64,000 bases of DNA, taken from positions 181,660,001 to 181,724,000 of the forward strand of contig OZ024741.1 in NCBI GenBank assembly GCA_964016885.1. The letters run 5' to 3'. The notes beneath the pieces are model-generated. The model was not told where the DNA came from. It searched no databases and was given only the letters and a program-made list of their open reading frames with translations. Made by a program: the position numbers and the translations under genes. Positions 1 through 16,426 of this stretch are shown here, piece after piece. Within the stretch, counting starts at the first letter, position 1. The number at the start of each line of letters is the position of its first letter. This DNA comes from Eledone cirrhosa (lineage: Eukaryota).

Positions 1-130
1 TATTGCTGGCCATAGGCAGGTCCCTAGCAGGACTAAAAAGCAACGTCCGTGATGCTCACGCTAAAATATCAAGCGATCACATTACTTGAAATCGAGTTGC
101 AACCATCATCATGTATGTATGTATGTATGT

Positions 131-744
131 TATGTCAGGTCACCACTTGGTGCTACTGGTAACATGTATCCCAGTACAACCTGTTTCATGGTCGGGTCGT
201 TGGCGACTAAACTGGCAACCCCACCAAGGTTTCTTGGTGAGGAGGGTGACTTTGGACATCCTGCAGGACTAAAAACAAAACCTGTCAAAGGGCAAAGGAG
301 CTCTTAAGAGTCAATGGCCATCCAAAATCACTGGGAGAGATGACCCCTTAGCCTTTGTCAAGGCAGAATTCTAGGAGAAGGAAAACTCTGATATAACACC
401 TGCAACCCTGATGGTATCCAATGATGTTGACTTGTTCTTCTTTTTGGTAAATATCATCTTGGTTAAGAGAGTGGGACTGGCTTTGTGCAGTGCCTTTGCT
501 CACTATAAAAGCTTCACGGCACAGGCATTGCTTTATATCTGGAGATCTCTCTGCACTTGCCGTCACATGGTACCATGGGCCCAGCACTATGTGTCAATAA
601 TTGTCACAAGTGTAGTGTTTGTACCAGAGTTTTCAAGTCGCTCGCTGGACTAAAAAGTCACACTCGTTCAGCGCATCGGTAGGGGTTCTCCTACATGGAT
701 ATAAAGTAGTGGCCGTACTCGAAAACGAGTTGGCAGCCACCATT
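131..744 (-). mobile_element. Non-autonomous SINE-like element, subfamily A (no tRNA head; possibly RTE 5'UTR-derived)
   Basis: Near-identical to 18632-19245; related to 3768-4392 and 38830-39445. Flanked by (TATG)n on both sides. No real ORF. Confidence 0.75.
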
Positions 745-755
745 ATGTATGTATG

Positions 756-786
<31 letters not shown>

Positions 787-809
787 TATGTATGTATGTA
801 TGTATGTAT

Positions 810-1307
810 GTTCTTATGGTTTTATAATTTCACAAATTTTTGCAATAGAGAGAGAGAATCGGTTTCTAACATAGACACAAGACTCTCTCATTGGAATTTA
901 CACATCAACTAGGTAGATATGTATGTATGTCTGCATGCATGCATGTGTAGATATGGATGTGTATGTTTTGAGTTGTATGTGTGCATGTGTATATGCTTAG
1001 TATCTTTACATGTGTATATGCGGTTATTACATGCAACATTTTTGGAATCTTTTACATATTTTTACTGCTCCATTAATGGATTGTACTTGTAATTTCCTAA
1101 CTAGTTGTGTTCTTTCTGTTCCTGTGAAGCCTAGCTTCTCAAGATTTGTATTGAGGCAGTTACTAACATATCCCAGTGCCCCAATAATCACAGGCATAAA
1201 TCTGAAGGTGTAATCAGGGTGGAGTATCTGCAGATTTCTCATCAGTTCTGCATAAATATTCTCCTTTTCGCTAATCTTTGATATTATATTGGCATCTGCT
1301 GGGCAGG
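810..1307 (-). mobile_element. 3' fragment of R4/Dong-type RLE non-LTR retrotransposon, (CATA)n-tailed family
   Basis: Minus translation CPADANIISKISEKENIYAELMRNL...PVIIGALG...VKICK matches the C-terminus encoded at 19603-19880; 3'UTR runs into (CATA)n. Confidence 0.85.
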
Positions 1308-1482
1308 GTATGTATGTATGTATGTATGTATGTATGTATGTATGTATGTATGTATGTATGTATGTATGTATGTATGTATGTATGTATGTATGTATGTATG
1401 TATGTATGTATGTATGTATGTATGTATGTATGTATGTATTATGTATGTATGTATGTATGTATGTATGTATTATGTATGTATG

Positions 1483-1513
<31 letters not shown>

Positions 1514-1536
1514 TATGTATGTATGTATGTATGTAT
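1308..1536. repeat. (TATG)n microsatellite
   Basis: Direct read; source of the spurious MYVC ORFs. Confidence 0.97.
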
Positions 1537-2034
1537 GTTCTTATGGTTTTATAATTTCACAAATTTTTGCAATAGAGAGAGAGAATCGGTTTCTAACATA
1601 GACACAAGACTCTCTCATTGGAATTTACACATCAACTAGGTAGATATGTATGTATGTCTGCATGCATGCATGTGTAGATATGGATGTGTATGTTTTGAGT
1701 TGTATGTGTGCATGTGTATATGCTTAGTATCTTTACATGTGTATATGCGGTTATTACATGCAACATTTTTGGAATCTTTTACATATTTTTACTGCTCCAT
1801 TAATGGATTGTACTTGTAATTTCCTAACTAGTTGTGTTCTTTCTGTTCCTGTGAAGCCTAGCTTCTCAAGATTTGTATTGAGGCAGTTACTAACATATCC
1901 CAGTGCCCCAATAATCACAGGCATAAATCTGAAGGTGTAATCAGGGTGGAGTATCTGCAGATTTCTCATCAGTTCTGCATAAATATTCTCCTTTTCGCTA
2001 ATCTTTGATATTATATTGGCATCTGCTGGGCAGG
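1537..2034 (-). mobile_element. Tandem duplicate of the R4/Dong 3' fragment
   Basis: Appears identical to 810-1307 at an offset of 727 bp (ORFs 1010..1213 and 1737..1940 are identical). Confidence 0.9.
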
Positions 2035-2169
2035 GTATGTATGTATGTATGTATGTATGTATGTATGTATGTATGTATGTATGTATGTATGTATGTATGT
2101 ATGTATGTATGTATGTATGTATGTATGCATGTATGCATGTATGTATGTATGTATGTATGTATGTATGTA

Positions 2170-2378
2170 TGTTTCTCCTTCTCTTAATTTCGAGTATATT
2201 TTTGACCGGCCAACTTCCCGGTGGCAAGGTTGTAAAAGAAAAGAAATTCTCATCCCTTGAATCGCAAGAATGTTTTGCAAAGGTGCCATCTATCGCAGCC
2301 ATTTGTAGTCTATGAATTAGTGAGCTGCGCCCTTTGTCCACAAATCCAAGTGCAGTTATACTTTGGTCCAAGCGGGTA
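2170..2378 (-). mobile_element. 3' fragment of a second (CATA)n-tailed R4/Dong-like family
   Basis: Encodes ...ALGFVDKGRSSLIHRLQMAAIDGT...; second copy at 18330-18592; flanked by (TATG)n. Confidence 0.65.
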
Positions 2379-2739
2379 CGAATGTATGTATGTATATCTT
2401 TTTTCTTTTTTTTTCCACCTGTGAGTGAAAGGCCACCAGTTTCTAAGAGAGGGAAACTGAAAGAAAAAAACAAAAACAAACAAAAACCCTGCTTCGAAAG
2501 CATCCGATGATGTTGACCAGTTCTACTTTTTGGGTAGTGTTTTCGATGCTCAGAGAGTGGCATTGGTCGTGTGCAAGGCCTTTCCCCACTGAAAAAAACT
2601 TTTAAAGCACAGGCACTGCTTGTTCAGGTCATGTTACAGGTTCGTGTTGCTGGCCGTATCCTAAAAGTGCACCATTTTCTGTAATCTGACAAGTGATTGC
2701 CATACTCTAGGCAGAATTTGCAACCATCATGTATGTATC

Positions 2740-3146
2740 TATATTCTTCTGGTTTTATAATTCTATAAATTTCTACCAATAGAAGAGAGACGGTTTCAAA
2801 CATAGACAGGAGAATCTTTCATTGGAATTTAGACAACACCAACTAGGCAAATATGTATGCTTGTCTGCATGCATGCGTGTGTTCAGGCATGTATATTATT
2901 GTATCTGTGAAGCTGTATGCTCTGGGTTAGATGTGTGCACGTGCATATGTTTTGTATCTATATATGTGTATATGGAGTTATTATATGCAGAATATTTGGA
3001 ATGTTTTACATATTTTTACAGTTCCATTAATGGATTGTAATCGTAACGTCCTAACTAGGCGTGTTCTTTCTGGTTCTGTGAAGCCCAGCTTCTCAAGATT
3101 TGTACTGAGGCAGTTACTAACATATTCCAGAGCCCCAATAATCAGA
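2740..3146 (-). mobile_element. Diverged R4/Dong 3' fragment
   Basis: PLIIGALEYVSNCLSTNLEKLGFTEPERTRLVRTLRLQSINGTVKICKTF; 3'UTR homologous to 810-1010. Confidence 0.8.
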
Positions 3147-3209
3147 GGTATGTATGTATATATGTACGTACGTACGTATGTATGTTCTTTTGGTTTTATA
3201 ATTTTATAA

Positions 3210-3310
3210 AGAGGAGGAGGAGGAGGAGGAGGAGGAGGAGGAGGAGGAGGAGGAGAAGAAGGAGAAGAAGTAGAAGAAGAAGAAGAAGAAGAAGAAGAAG
3301 AAGAAGAAGA
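3210..3310. repeat. (GGA)n/(GAA)n trinucleotide repeat
   Basis: Direct read. Confidence 0.95.
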
Positions 3311-3729
3311 CACATACATACATTACTGCGCTCCATATGTTTATAGCAGAATAGTAGACATATGACATATCAGAAAGCAATATTTATCGAGTGCAATTAT
3401 ATGTAATTTTAAAAGGACTTTTAGCTATACGACAAAAACTGGTTGGGTATTTCAAGAAATTACATATATATTTATCTTTTTATTCTTTATCTCATTTACC
3501 CGCCTTCTATTGCGTAAATGTCAAGGAAGAAATATTTTACTTCATGCAATATGTCATGGAATTAATGACATTTTTAATTCACGTTGCTTCAAGTACAGAA
3601 ACTCCAATCCTTGTCTATATTTCCATTTCCACGAGCATCTTTATACATAGATAGATTCATCCATACAAACACAAACACACACACACATATACATACATAC
3701 ATACATACCTACATATATATATACTGTAT

Positions 3730-3767
<38 letters not shown>

Positions 3768-3769
<2 letters not shown>

Positions 3770-4392
3770 GATGGCTGCCCCCTCGTTATCGAGTATGGTC
3801 ATTGCACGTTATACCATTATTAATAATTATTAATTAATTCTATCGTGCAATGCCTGTGCGTGAAGATATATTTTAAAGTGAGGAAAGACTGTGCACTGAG
3901 CCAATCCCACTCTCCGAGCGACAGTAGCTATAACACCAAAAGAAGAAAAGATGAACATCATCGTTAACCACTGAGCCGCGGGTTTTATATCGGAGTTATC
4001 CCAGTTTCCTAAGTTGCCTTCTCCCAGAAGAATATCCTGACAAAGGCCACGAGTCCTTCACTCCCAGTGGTTTAACTGCGCGATCGGGTGTCCGGCCCGG
4101 CTATTTCTATGTCCCCGCGCATATACATACACATGCACCCATGCATATACACATATACATATACATACATATGTACATGTGTATATACATATTTACACAC
4201 TTTTGGATGGCCGTTGACTCTTATGAGTTCTTCCGCCCTTTGTCAGGTTTTGGTTTTTGTCCTGCAGGGAGTCCAAAATCACCCTCCTCACCAAGTAAAC
4301 TTAGTGGGGTTGCCGGCTTAGTCGCCGACGACCCGACCGTGAGACAGGTTCTACTGGGTTACATATTGCCAGTAGTACTCAAGAGTGACCCG
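3768..4392 (+). mobile_element. SINE-like element, subfamily B
   Basis: Closely matches 38830-39445; shares blocks with subfamily A (gcctgtgc-gtgaag, gccaatcccactctc, ccttctcc-agaa, tagtcgcc-acgacccgacc). Confidence 0.75.
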
Positions 4393-4401
4393 ATATATAT
4401 A

Positions 4402-4838
4402 TATATAAGAAAGTAATTCCATAGAATCATTTGATAAAATATATACAGTATTTCTTCTCCCAATCAGCATAATCAACCACATAAAAAAATCAATTAAACG
4501 AGGCTATAAGTTTAAAATGTACCTATGAAGAAACAATAGATAAATAAATGATAGCTATTTTATCCGCGATCCACAGCCACAGAAGGTTTACCCAGTATTT
4601 CTAATAGCCCGTAGAAATTGACTAGACATATAGCTAACCATACACAAATAGGGACAAAATCAAAGTTAGAAGAAAAAATGTACATAAACATACCAAAATT
4701 ATGTTTCGAGAAGAAATACTGTATATATTTTATCAAATGATTCTATGGACTTACCTTCTTATATATTGCTCTCTGATTGTTGATTATTTAATTAATTAAT
4801 TCGTTATTGAGCTCCACCGTGAATGGTTGCCAAAAACA
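4402..4838. mobile_element. Small inverted-terminal remnant in (TA)n, probably PLE pLTR-derived
   Basis: About 58-bp inverted arms (4402-4459 / 4708-4766); right arm extended about 70 bp; TA tracts on both sides. Confidence 0.55.
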
Positions 4839-4884
4839 TATATATATCTATATATATGGCTCTGTCTAGTTTATGTATATGTAA

Positions 4885-5469
<585 letters not shown>

Positions 5470-5472
<3 letters not shown>

Positions 5473-6961
5473 AATATCTTTAAGTCGTTTGGAAGCCTCG
5501 ACAATGCAAATGGGTAAATCTCCGGGTAACAAGGTCCGGTGGTGGAGAGAGAGATGTAAGTGGGTGTACGTTGAGATGCGTTGTGTGTATAAGATGTGTG
5601 AGATGTGTAGAATGAAGAGTATAAAGGATAAAATAAAAATAACAACACAAGAGAGAGTTACCTTGGGAGAGATTTAATAGTCCCTATATATTTCGGATTC
5701 ACATCCATCAACTGGGGTTTTTTTCTGGGGTGGGGGAAAAGGTTGTTTGTCGGACAAGTCCGGAACGCGTCCTTCGCTGTTTGTTGTTTTGAATATCTGA
5801 GGTATTCGGCAGAGCGCGCGTGCGCGTGAAATGGGGTCGGTCGTACAGAGGTCAGCGGCCGAATGGGGGAGTGGTATGGCGCTAGCTGTCAGTCCATTCT
5901 CTGCCTGTTTGTTAAATGTTACTGTGCGTGTGTGTGCGTGTGTTGTTGTCTCGCTTGAGTGTGTGCGTGTGTTGTTGCCTTGTTCCTCTGTATTGGCAGT
6001 GTAGTATGTTCGTATGGTGGAATGCTACTGTGTGTGTGTGCGTGTGTGTGTGTAGTTGTCTCGTTTGCGTGTGTGTGTGTGTGCGTGTGTTGTGTGTTGT
6101 TGCATCGCTTGTTAACTTAAACTAGCCATCTCATTTCGCTTCTCTCTGATCGGTTGTTTATTTGTGGTTGCAGTCGTTTGATAAAAAGCGCTTCCTTGAT
6201 ACGTAACGTGCCGACGTTTCTTTCAGTCGCTAGAATTGTGACAATGGGCCTTCCGTCTTTGTTTCCGCATTTGTCTATGTGTTTCCGGAAAGACGAGGCC
6301 CTGGTTTTAATGTGTTCCTTGATCCGGATGTGCAAAGGTCGAATTGTACTACCTATGTAGTATTGGTTGCACCTGTCACATTCTATCTTATACACAACGT
6401 ATGTGCGTAGGCAACAGTTCGCATGGCGTATCGGGCAGTCTCTGAGGGAGCATGCGTCAGTAGATTTTTCCGGTTTCCTGGAGAGGCACCTTCGTAGGGA
6501 GGGGCCCGAGTGGGCCAGGTGAATGTCGAGGCCCTCCCTTCGTATAGCCTTGCGGATAGCATTGGTGGTTTTCTCGCCCAGGTGTGGCATTTTAAGGAAG
6601 CACTTGCCTTGGGTGCTTCTCTGTCTCTTGCGTCTGGTGTCTCCTATTCTGTCTGTGATCGAGGTAGGGTACCCGTTCGTCTCCAGCACCTCGAGGAATC
6701 GCTTGGTATGAGTGACACCACTCGCGGGATCGCTGCATCTGTTTTTGATTCGCGCGATCTCGTTCGTGATGTATCCTCTTTTGGTACTGTTAGGGAGGGC
6801 GGACTTGTAGTGAACGAATAGGTCCCTGCAGGCTGCCTTTCGGTAGAAGTTGCAGTGGATCCTTCCCTGTTCCGTGATGTTGATTCGGAAGTCGAGGAGG
6901 GCAAGTGACCCGTCTTCGTTGGGGTGTTCAACACTGAAGTCAATGTTCTCGTCCGTGTTGT

Positions 6962-6964
<3 letters not shown>
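5470..6964 (-). mobile_element. 5'-truncated Penelope-like element (RT thumb + GIY-YIG) in (TA)n
   Basis: ORF 6117..6689: CPI..CLRTYVVYKIECDRCNQYYIGSTIRPLHIRIKEH...EALFI...PQIN (GIY-YIG); upstream LLDFRI/YRKAA thumb-like segment; TA tracts on both sides. Confidence 0.85.
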
Positions 6965-7008
<44 letters not shown>

Positions 7009-7034
7009 AGCGATGACTTCGATATGGAGACACA

Positions 7035-7236
7035 TTAAAGTAAAGGTCGGGTCTACTCTGTCCTCCCAGCGTGCATGAGCGTTGGTGTCTGGTTTGGTCA
7101 CAGCGATCGCAAGGAAATACTTTTATTTTGCTTCGTTTCACTTTGACCCAGCCCTTCCGGCGGGCTCTCCTTTCTTCCTGGCTTACACGACGGTTTGCCT
7201 CGAATGCACTGGTGGCCTGCTGGATGGCGCGGCGCC
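7035..7236 (-). mobile_element. RTE LINE 3' fragment
   Basis: WRRAIQQATSAFEANRR...ERRARRK...FPCDRC: RTE C-terminal motif with a degenerate zinc finger. Confidence 0.6.
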
Positions 7237-7575
7237 ACACACATACAAACGTGATTATGTATATATATCTGTACGTGAGTATATATTTGTGTGTGCATAT
7301 ATTAGTGTAAATACGTACACAAGCCACATGGAAGGGTAAAAAGGTCCTTGCCGGGACTCATCGGAATTCCCAACAGATGCCTTGAAAGTGGATAAAATAT
7401 CATAATCCCTGGTGGCTTATTTGTCTTTCTATCTATGCACTAAATCTCACCACTCTCTTTTCTTATTTGATTTTGTTACCTCTATATTTACTATCCCATC
7501 TGCATTTTATCGGCTTCCGTGACACACCCAACACACACATACGCACAGACACACACAGTGACATACACATACACG

Positions 7576-7639
<64 letters not shown>

Positions 7640-7937
7640 TAGGTTTAATAACAAAGATCCGCATTGCTGTTACACACCCACTCTCTACCTCTCTCGCACA
7701 CACACTTTTACCTTCTCATTTCCACAGTGTGACAAACTTTTTAAGTGACAATGTACCATATTTCATATAAAAGATAATTTCCCATTTGAAACGTTACAGT
7801 CAGGGTAATTAATTGTCTTATATAATATATGTTGTCGTTTGGCTTAATTAGAATATTGGATTCTCTCTAGGTTTCATCGATGAAAATTCAGTAGGCGACC
7901 AGCTGAAAGTCCAGCTTGTGGGTAAACATATCATAAT

Positions 7938-8345
7938 CATCATCATCATCATCCAGCGACCGTAGCCGAAATCGACTCAACAATTGATCTCCACATGGGT
8001 CTGTCGTTCATTGCCGCTGCCAAATCCCGGATTTAATACCAGAATCTCTGGAGATGGCATCGGGGTAGGAGAGCTTGCACCCCCTGTTATTAGTGACTGC
8101 TTGAGGTTTCCAAAGCACTAATGAAGACACAGCCACATAGGTGGCACGATGGCAGTGGCCAGCAAATCTTGCTCTCCTTTTACGTACAACGACAGATATG
8201 CGTGGGAGGCCGGCATATATTTCGTTCAAAGTCAGATGTCGCCAGCTTATGTTCTGAATACATTGAAGCAGGCGAGTGTAAGTGCCATCAAGGCGCTTTT
8301 GTTGTTTGGGTAAACATATAAGTCGTCGAATTTCGCCCAGATACA
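7938..8345 (-). mobile_element. RTE/RTEX-like LINE 3' fragment with (GAT)n tail
   Basis: KRLDGTYTRLLQCIQNISWR..LTLNEIY..LPRIS..RKRRARFAGHCHR..VLWKP; ends in catcatcatc on the plus strand. Confidence 0.75.
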
Positions 8346-8349
8346 CGTA

Positions 8350-8580
8350 ACCCTTAACCTAATTCCTTTACGAATCAGCCTGGCACAATGTCAAGGCCGG
8401 ACCTTTTATTTCTGGTATAATCCATCCATGGGCTTCAACATAGTTTCCGTCTACACAATTTCACTCACAAGACTTGGGTCAAACGACAGCTGAACGAGGC
8501 TTATCCAAGATGTCACGCAGTGGGATTGAACACGGGACTTCATGATTGCGACAAGAATTTCTTAATCACACAGCCATGTC
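8350..8580 (-). mobile_element. tRNA-derived SINE (second family; relatives near 10215-10560 and 60085-60295)
   Basis: Minus strand: tggctgtgtgattaag (A box-like) and gtgttcaatccc (B box-like); body shared with 60085-60295. Confidence 0.6.
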
Positions 8581-8871
8581 TGTCTGCATCCGAAATTAGA
8601 ATAGTTTATCATTGTCAATATCCTTGCCTTATTTTGGACATTACTGGTGGAATCGATCTTTCCTGTATATAATTCAAGTGTTATTTACTTGTCAGTTTGC
8701 CAGCCAATCACGTTGATCTCTGCTGGAATTCAATTTGAAATTGTCCATTGCGTAGTGATAGCTTCATGTCGAGGAAGTGCGATCAACTATTTATCTGATA
8801 GTAGATTTACTTCAGTATACATATACTTATAAGCACACATTGATAGATACACACGCATGTATGCATACACA

Positions 8872-8948
<77 letters not shown>

Positions 8949-9235
8949 CCATGTATATGCATGCATGTATGTAATATACACGCATAGACATGCATACACC
9001 CATACCTCAATACATACGTACATTCATACATACATACATACATACATACATACATACATACATACATACATACATACATACATACATACATACACCCACG
9101 CATATATAAGGAGATTATCTTACACAGAAACAAATATTTGAATGAGTGCTCAATCTATAATGATAGCATATTGATTACATTTTTTAAGAGACTTATTAAA
9201 GAGGAAACTTTACAGTTACTACCACCTTTCTCGTC

Positions 9236-9306
<71 letters not shown>

Positions 9307-9309
<3 letters not shown>

Positions 9310-9724
9310 TTTACGTATCGAGAAAAAGAAAAAAAGGGGGGATAGGTGATACATATAGTTATTTGCCAAGTAGCGTATGCCAAAGGTGCTCGATACTAGT
9401 GCCGGCAGTATTAAATATTCGAAGTGTTAATATTTAGTGGGCTAGAGAGTTAGCAGAGCGTAAGCACGTGGGAAAGTAAAAAATCGGAGAATAGACCGTT
9501 AAAACATGTTTATTTAAAACAGCACCTACGTACGTTTCGCCCAGTTGGGCTTCTCAAGGGCATAAATAATCACAGGTGTTCCTTATATTGCTCTTTCCGA
9601 GCAATATAAGGAACACTTGTGATTATTTATGCCCTTGAGAAGCCCAACTGGGCGAAACGTACGTAGGTGCTGTTTTAAATAAACATGTTTTAACGGTCTA
9701 TTCTCCGATTTTTTACTTTCCCAC

Positions 9725-9726
<2 letters not shown>
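9307..9726. mobile_element. Fold-back PLE pLTR insertion in (TA)n
   Basis: Arms 9466-9593 / 9599-9726 (128 bp, one mismatch seen), 5-nt loop tttcc; left arm extended about 160 bp; TA tracts on both sides. Confidence 0.85.
9631..9670 (+). ncRNA. Minimal hammerhead ribozyme, U3:A8 core variant (mirror 9522-9561, minus)
   Basis: TTGAGAA core; stem II gccca/tgggc; GAAA; palindromic stem III ACGTACGT; GUA triplet; short stem I gccc/ggtgc. Confidence 0.75.
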
Positions 9727-9798
<72 letters not shown>

Positions 9799-10675
9799 TC
9801 CACAATAGTACACCATTGTGTGTTATATCTTTTTTACGAATATCTGTCTGTGTTGCGTCGGGAAAGTATGATATGAGATAAATGCCATTGTTGTACGCAT
9901 ACAAACATACTACACATATGCACATAATGCAGTTTTTATTATCTCAATTATGACGCTACAATAAGAAGTTTGTTTTCCAATCCTAAAGCCTTGTGTTCTA
10001 ACCCTACATTGTTTCCTGTAAATGGTTATTTCTCATAAATTTAGTACTCACTTTAATCCTGTATGTCAAGTTGTATATATGTTTTACATATACAATTATA
10101 CCCGAAAAATAAATTATTCAAACATCACAATAATAAATGTATTCTATAGGATTTCTCTTATGCAAGCCATAAATTTATCAAAGCACACGGCTGTATTATT
10201 AATAAATTCGCTGCTTGGAAGCCCATTATAATGGTAAAGATCACCTTCGGTCTCGAATAACCATGGGTTTTGCACCTAGAAATTTTCCTTCCGAAGCACA
10301 AGCCCGGGCAAGGTGTTTTTGTAGAAGACCAACTGTTACCTATGCTCACCAAACACCCTTCTCCACGTCACAGTTGTCGTCCAAGGAAAAAGCAAAAATC
10401 TGACATAGCTTGGTACTAGTGGCGTTGCAACTAATTTTTAAAGCAGAGTGAATTGGAGCAATGTGAAATAAAATGGTTGTTCAAGGACACAACGCATCAC
10501 CCGATTCCAGTCATCAAATTCACAAACTCACGATTGTGAATCCAGCTCGCTATCCATTAAGACACACATCTTCACACACACAGACACACAGAAATGTACA
10601 CAGACATACACACACATATAAATATATATTTATATCTACATGCATACATACATACAAATATATATATATATACAT

Positions 10676-13778
<3,103 letters not shown>

Positions 13779-14669
13779 GAACAATCAGTAGCAAGAAGAT
13801 ATTGCATTGTAAATGTGTATATGTAGAAATCAGTGGCAGATTGACAGATGCAACAACTGTCCTTATTCTAACGAGCTTTTATCTCTGTCATTGATTGCCA
13901 ATAAACGTTTTTCCTTTCAGCAACGAGTAGTCACTTGAGATCTGCTGGACATCTCCATTCCAAGAGATATAATCAATACCAGACTCCAAAATCATTGCTG
14001 TTGTGTTTCTTGTGTACTCTTATTTGCTGTTGTACTCTTACTGTTGTAGTATTAATAGCTGTTGTGTAGTTATGCTTGATGTCGTAAAAAAGAAAAAGAA
14101 ATCACAGGTCACAGTTGTTTTTGATTCATGTTCTCATGATTAAATTGTCAGATTTCCTTTTAATAGAAACATTTGTTTCTTTTCATTTGTTGGTTTCAAT
14201 CATTAATCCATGGCCATGGTGGGACACCGTCTTGTATATTTGTTTTACATAAATTCTTTTCTTGTGAAGTCACATTGCTTCGTGGTTAAGATATTCCTGT
14301 CATGATTGTAAGGTCATGAGTTCAATTATCGGTTATCGAGCAAGTTTTTTTATTTCATCTAATTTCACTGTAATCCAATATGTTAGCTTTTGTTACATGA
14401 GAATTACGCTAAGAAATTCTCAGCTCTTTACCCATTCAAACAACTGGAGCACTCATCGTTGGAACCGACGGAGGTCCATCGCAACAACACCTGAATTTGG
14501 GTTAGAAATCTATTAGTGCTTTCTTCGGATTGTAGAAAACTGATCAATTTATAAGTTTCAATGCGAAACACTGCCGTCGAAAGAACTGGTTGATTCTTTA
14601 TTTTGTTTATAAACACAACCTTCGCTTTACTTCATCAGTAAACATACACATACCGACCATAATTAAATA

Positions 14670-15060
14670 TGGAATGATATGCGAAGGGGCACACCCACAG
14701 ACCCGGCGGTCAGAATGGAGAAGGCGTTTCCCTGGCGGACGGCAAGGGAGACGCGCTGGAAAAGCCACTCCAGCTCGCGGGGCTCACACCTGCGGCTGGC
14801 CAGCTCAGCGCCTATGGTGGTGAGTAGGGAGGTAGCCCTAGGGCCGAGGACACCAGGAGTCTCCTCTGCCAGGGGTACAACCGCGAACCTGTTGGAAAGC
14901 GACCGGTATTTGAATAGTTTAGCCTCCTCAGCCCGACGTGCAGCAGAACCCGGGTTAGTCGCAGACTGCACCAGGTTGGGGCTGCAGAAAGTGTCGGTCT
15001 AAGTGGCATCCCAGAAGAGGGGTTTGCCACCACGGAACGGGAAGATGGTCATACCATCAT
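14670..15060 (-). mobile_element. CRE-like non-LTR retrotransposon 3' fragment (RLE domain)
   Basis: DGMTIFP..G.PLFWDAT...AEEAKLFKY..PLAEETPGVLGP...LFQRVSLAVRQGNA; second copy at 52930-53170 (+). Confidence 0.75.
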
Positions 15061-15245
15061 ACTTTCTTTTTTATATTGTTTGATTACTTTTATCTCCGAT
15101 CACTGATCCCATAACACCTAAGGCAATGGTAGGGGTGCCGTCGATACTAATGACACGTTTTGGGCATTTCAAACTTTCCGATCCTCTTCATACTCCAGGT
15201 TAAACCTTAACCGATTTCTTCTAAACCGAGAAAGAAAGAAAGAAA

Positions 15246-15312
<67 letters not shown>

Positions 15313-15522
15313 CTTTATTAGCCACAAGGGCGCAACAAGAAAGGGGACAATACAAAGACATGCCGAGGACTTTACATACAGTCGTGTAAAAAATATAAAA
15401 ACAAACAATTTCAACAATCGAAATCCCCAATAGGGGGGAGGCGCCACAAATGGGTTGTTTAATACCTCGTCGATAGAACAACCCTCAACTCAAGGAGCGT
15501 GTTGTGCAAGATAGATAGAGAG

Positions 15523-15658
<136 letters not shown>

Positions 15659-15744
15659 GGACTATGCGCATGGGATGGAGAGAGGCAGAGAGAATGAAAG
15701 TGTGCGTAGCAGAAACAGAGGAAGAGAAAATGTGAATCTACGTT

Positions 15745-15808
<64 letters not shown>

Positions 15809-15990
15809 CTCAGTATATATTTATCGTCTCCATCATGTAGAGCTAATTTTAATGTCATGTTAACCAGGCTGCTATTTTTAGCGGCATAGGATTACGAGAC
15901 AAGCTAGGATCCGAAGACACGTGCGCTATTTCATATCGCACACAATTCAGTCTTCTAATATTTTTAGAAGTGGAGGATCGCTAATTTCTC

Positions 15991-16074
15991 AACAACTACT
16001 GATGAGCAGAGAAATGGTGTTGACTTCGCTTAATATGATTTTGCGAAAACAGTTCACATAACTGTCTAGTTGTT
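15991..16074 (+). ncRNA. Hammerhead ribozyme-like motif with full stem III
   Basis: Stem I aacaacta/tagttgtt; CTGATGA 15999-16005; stem II gcagag/ttttgc; GAAA plus one extra A; stem III acagtt/aactgt; GUC at 16064-16066. Confidence 0.72.
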
Positions 16075-16316
16075 CCCAGGCAGTTGCCCGATATAGGTTT
16101 GTTATTTTTCTTGATTTACTACTTTAAATTAAGTCTGACAAACCATGCTGTAGTTAGTATTTTTTCACCCTAGCAAACCTAGTCCTTACGATTCGGACAC
16201 ATGTATGTTTATATTAGTGTTCATCTCTCTTGTTTATTCAGTTATATTACACGGCTCGGAAAAGCTTTTTCTTAGAGCTATTTAATTGTAAGAGACTACT
16301 TTGAGTTTCTAACTCA

Positions 16317-16426
<110 letters not shown>

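Noticed and set aside
1278-2315. MYVC/HTYI, IYIY, SLSL, CVCV and FLFL ORFs throughout the window
   Set aside because: They are translations of microsatellites, not proteins.
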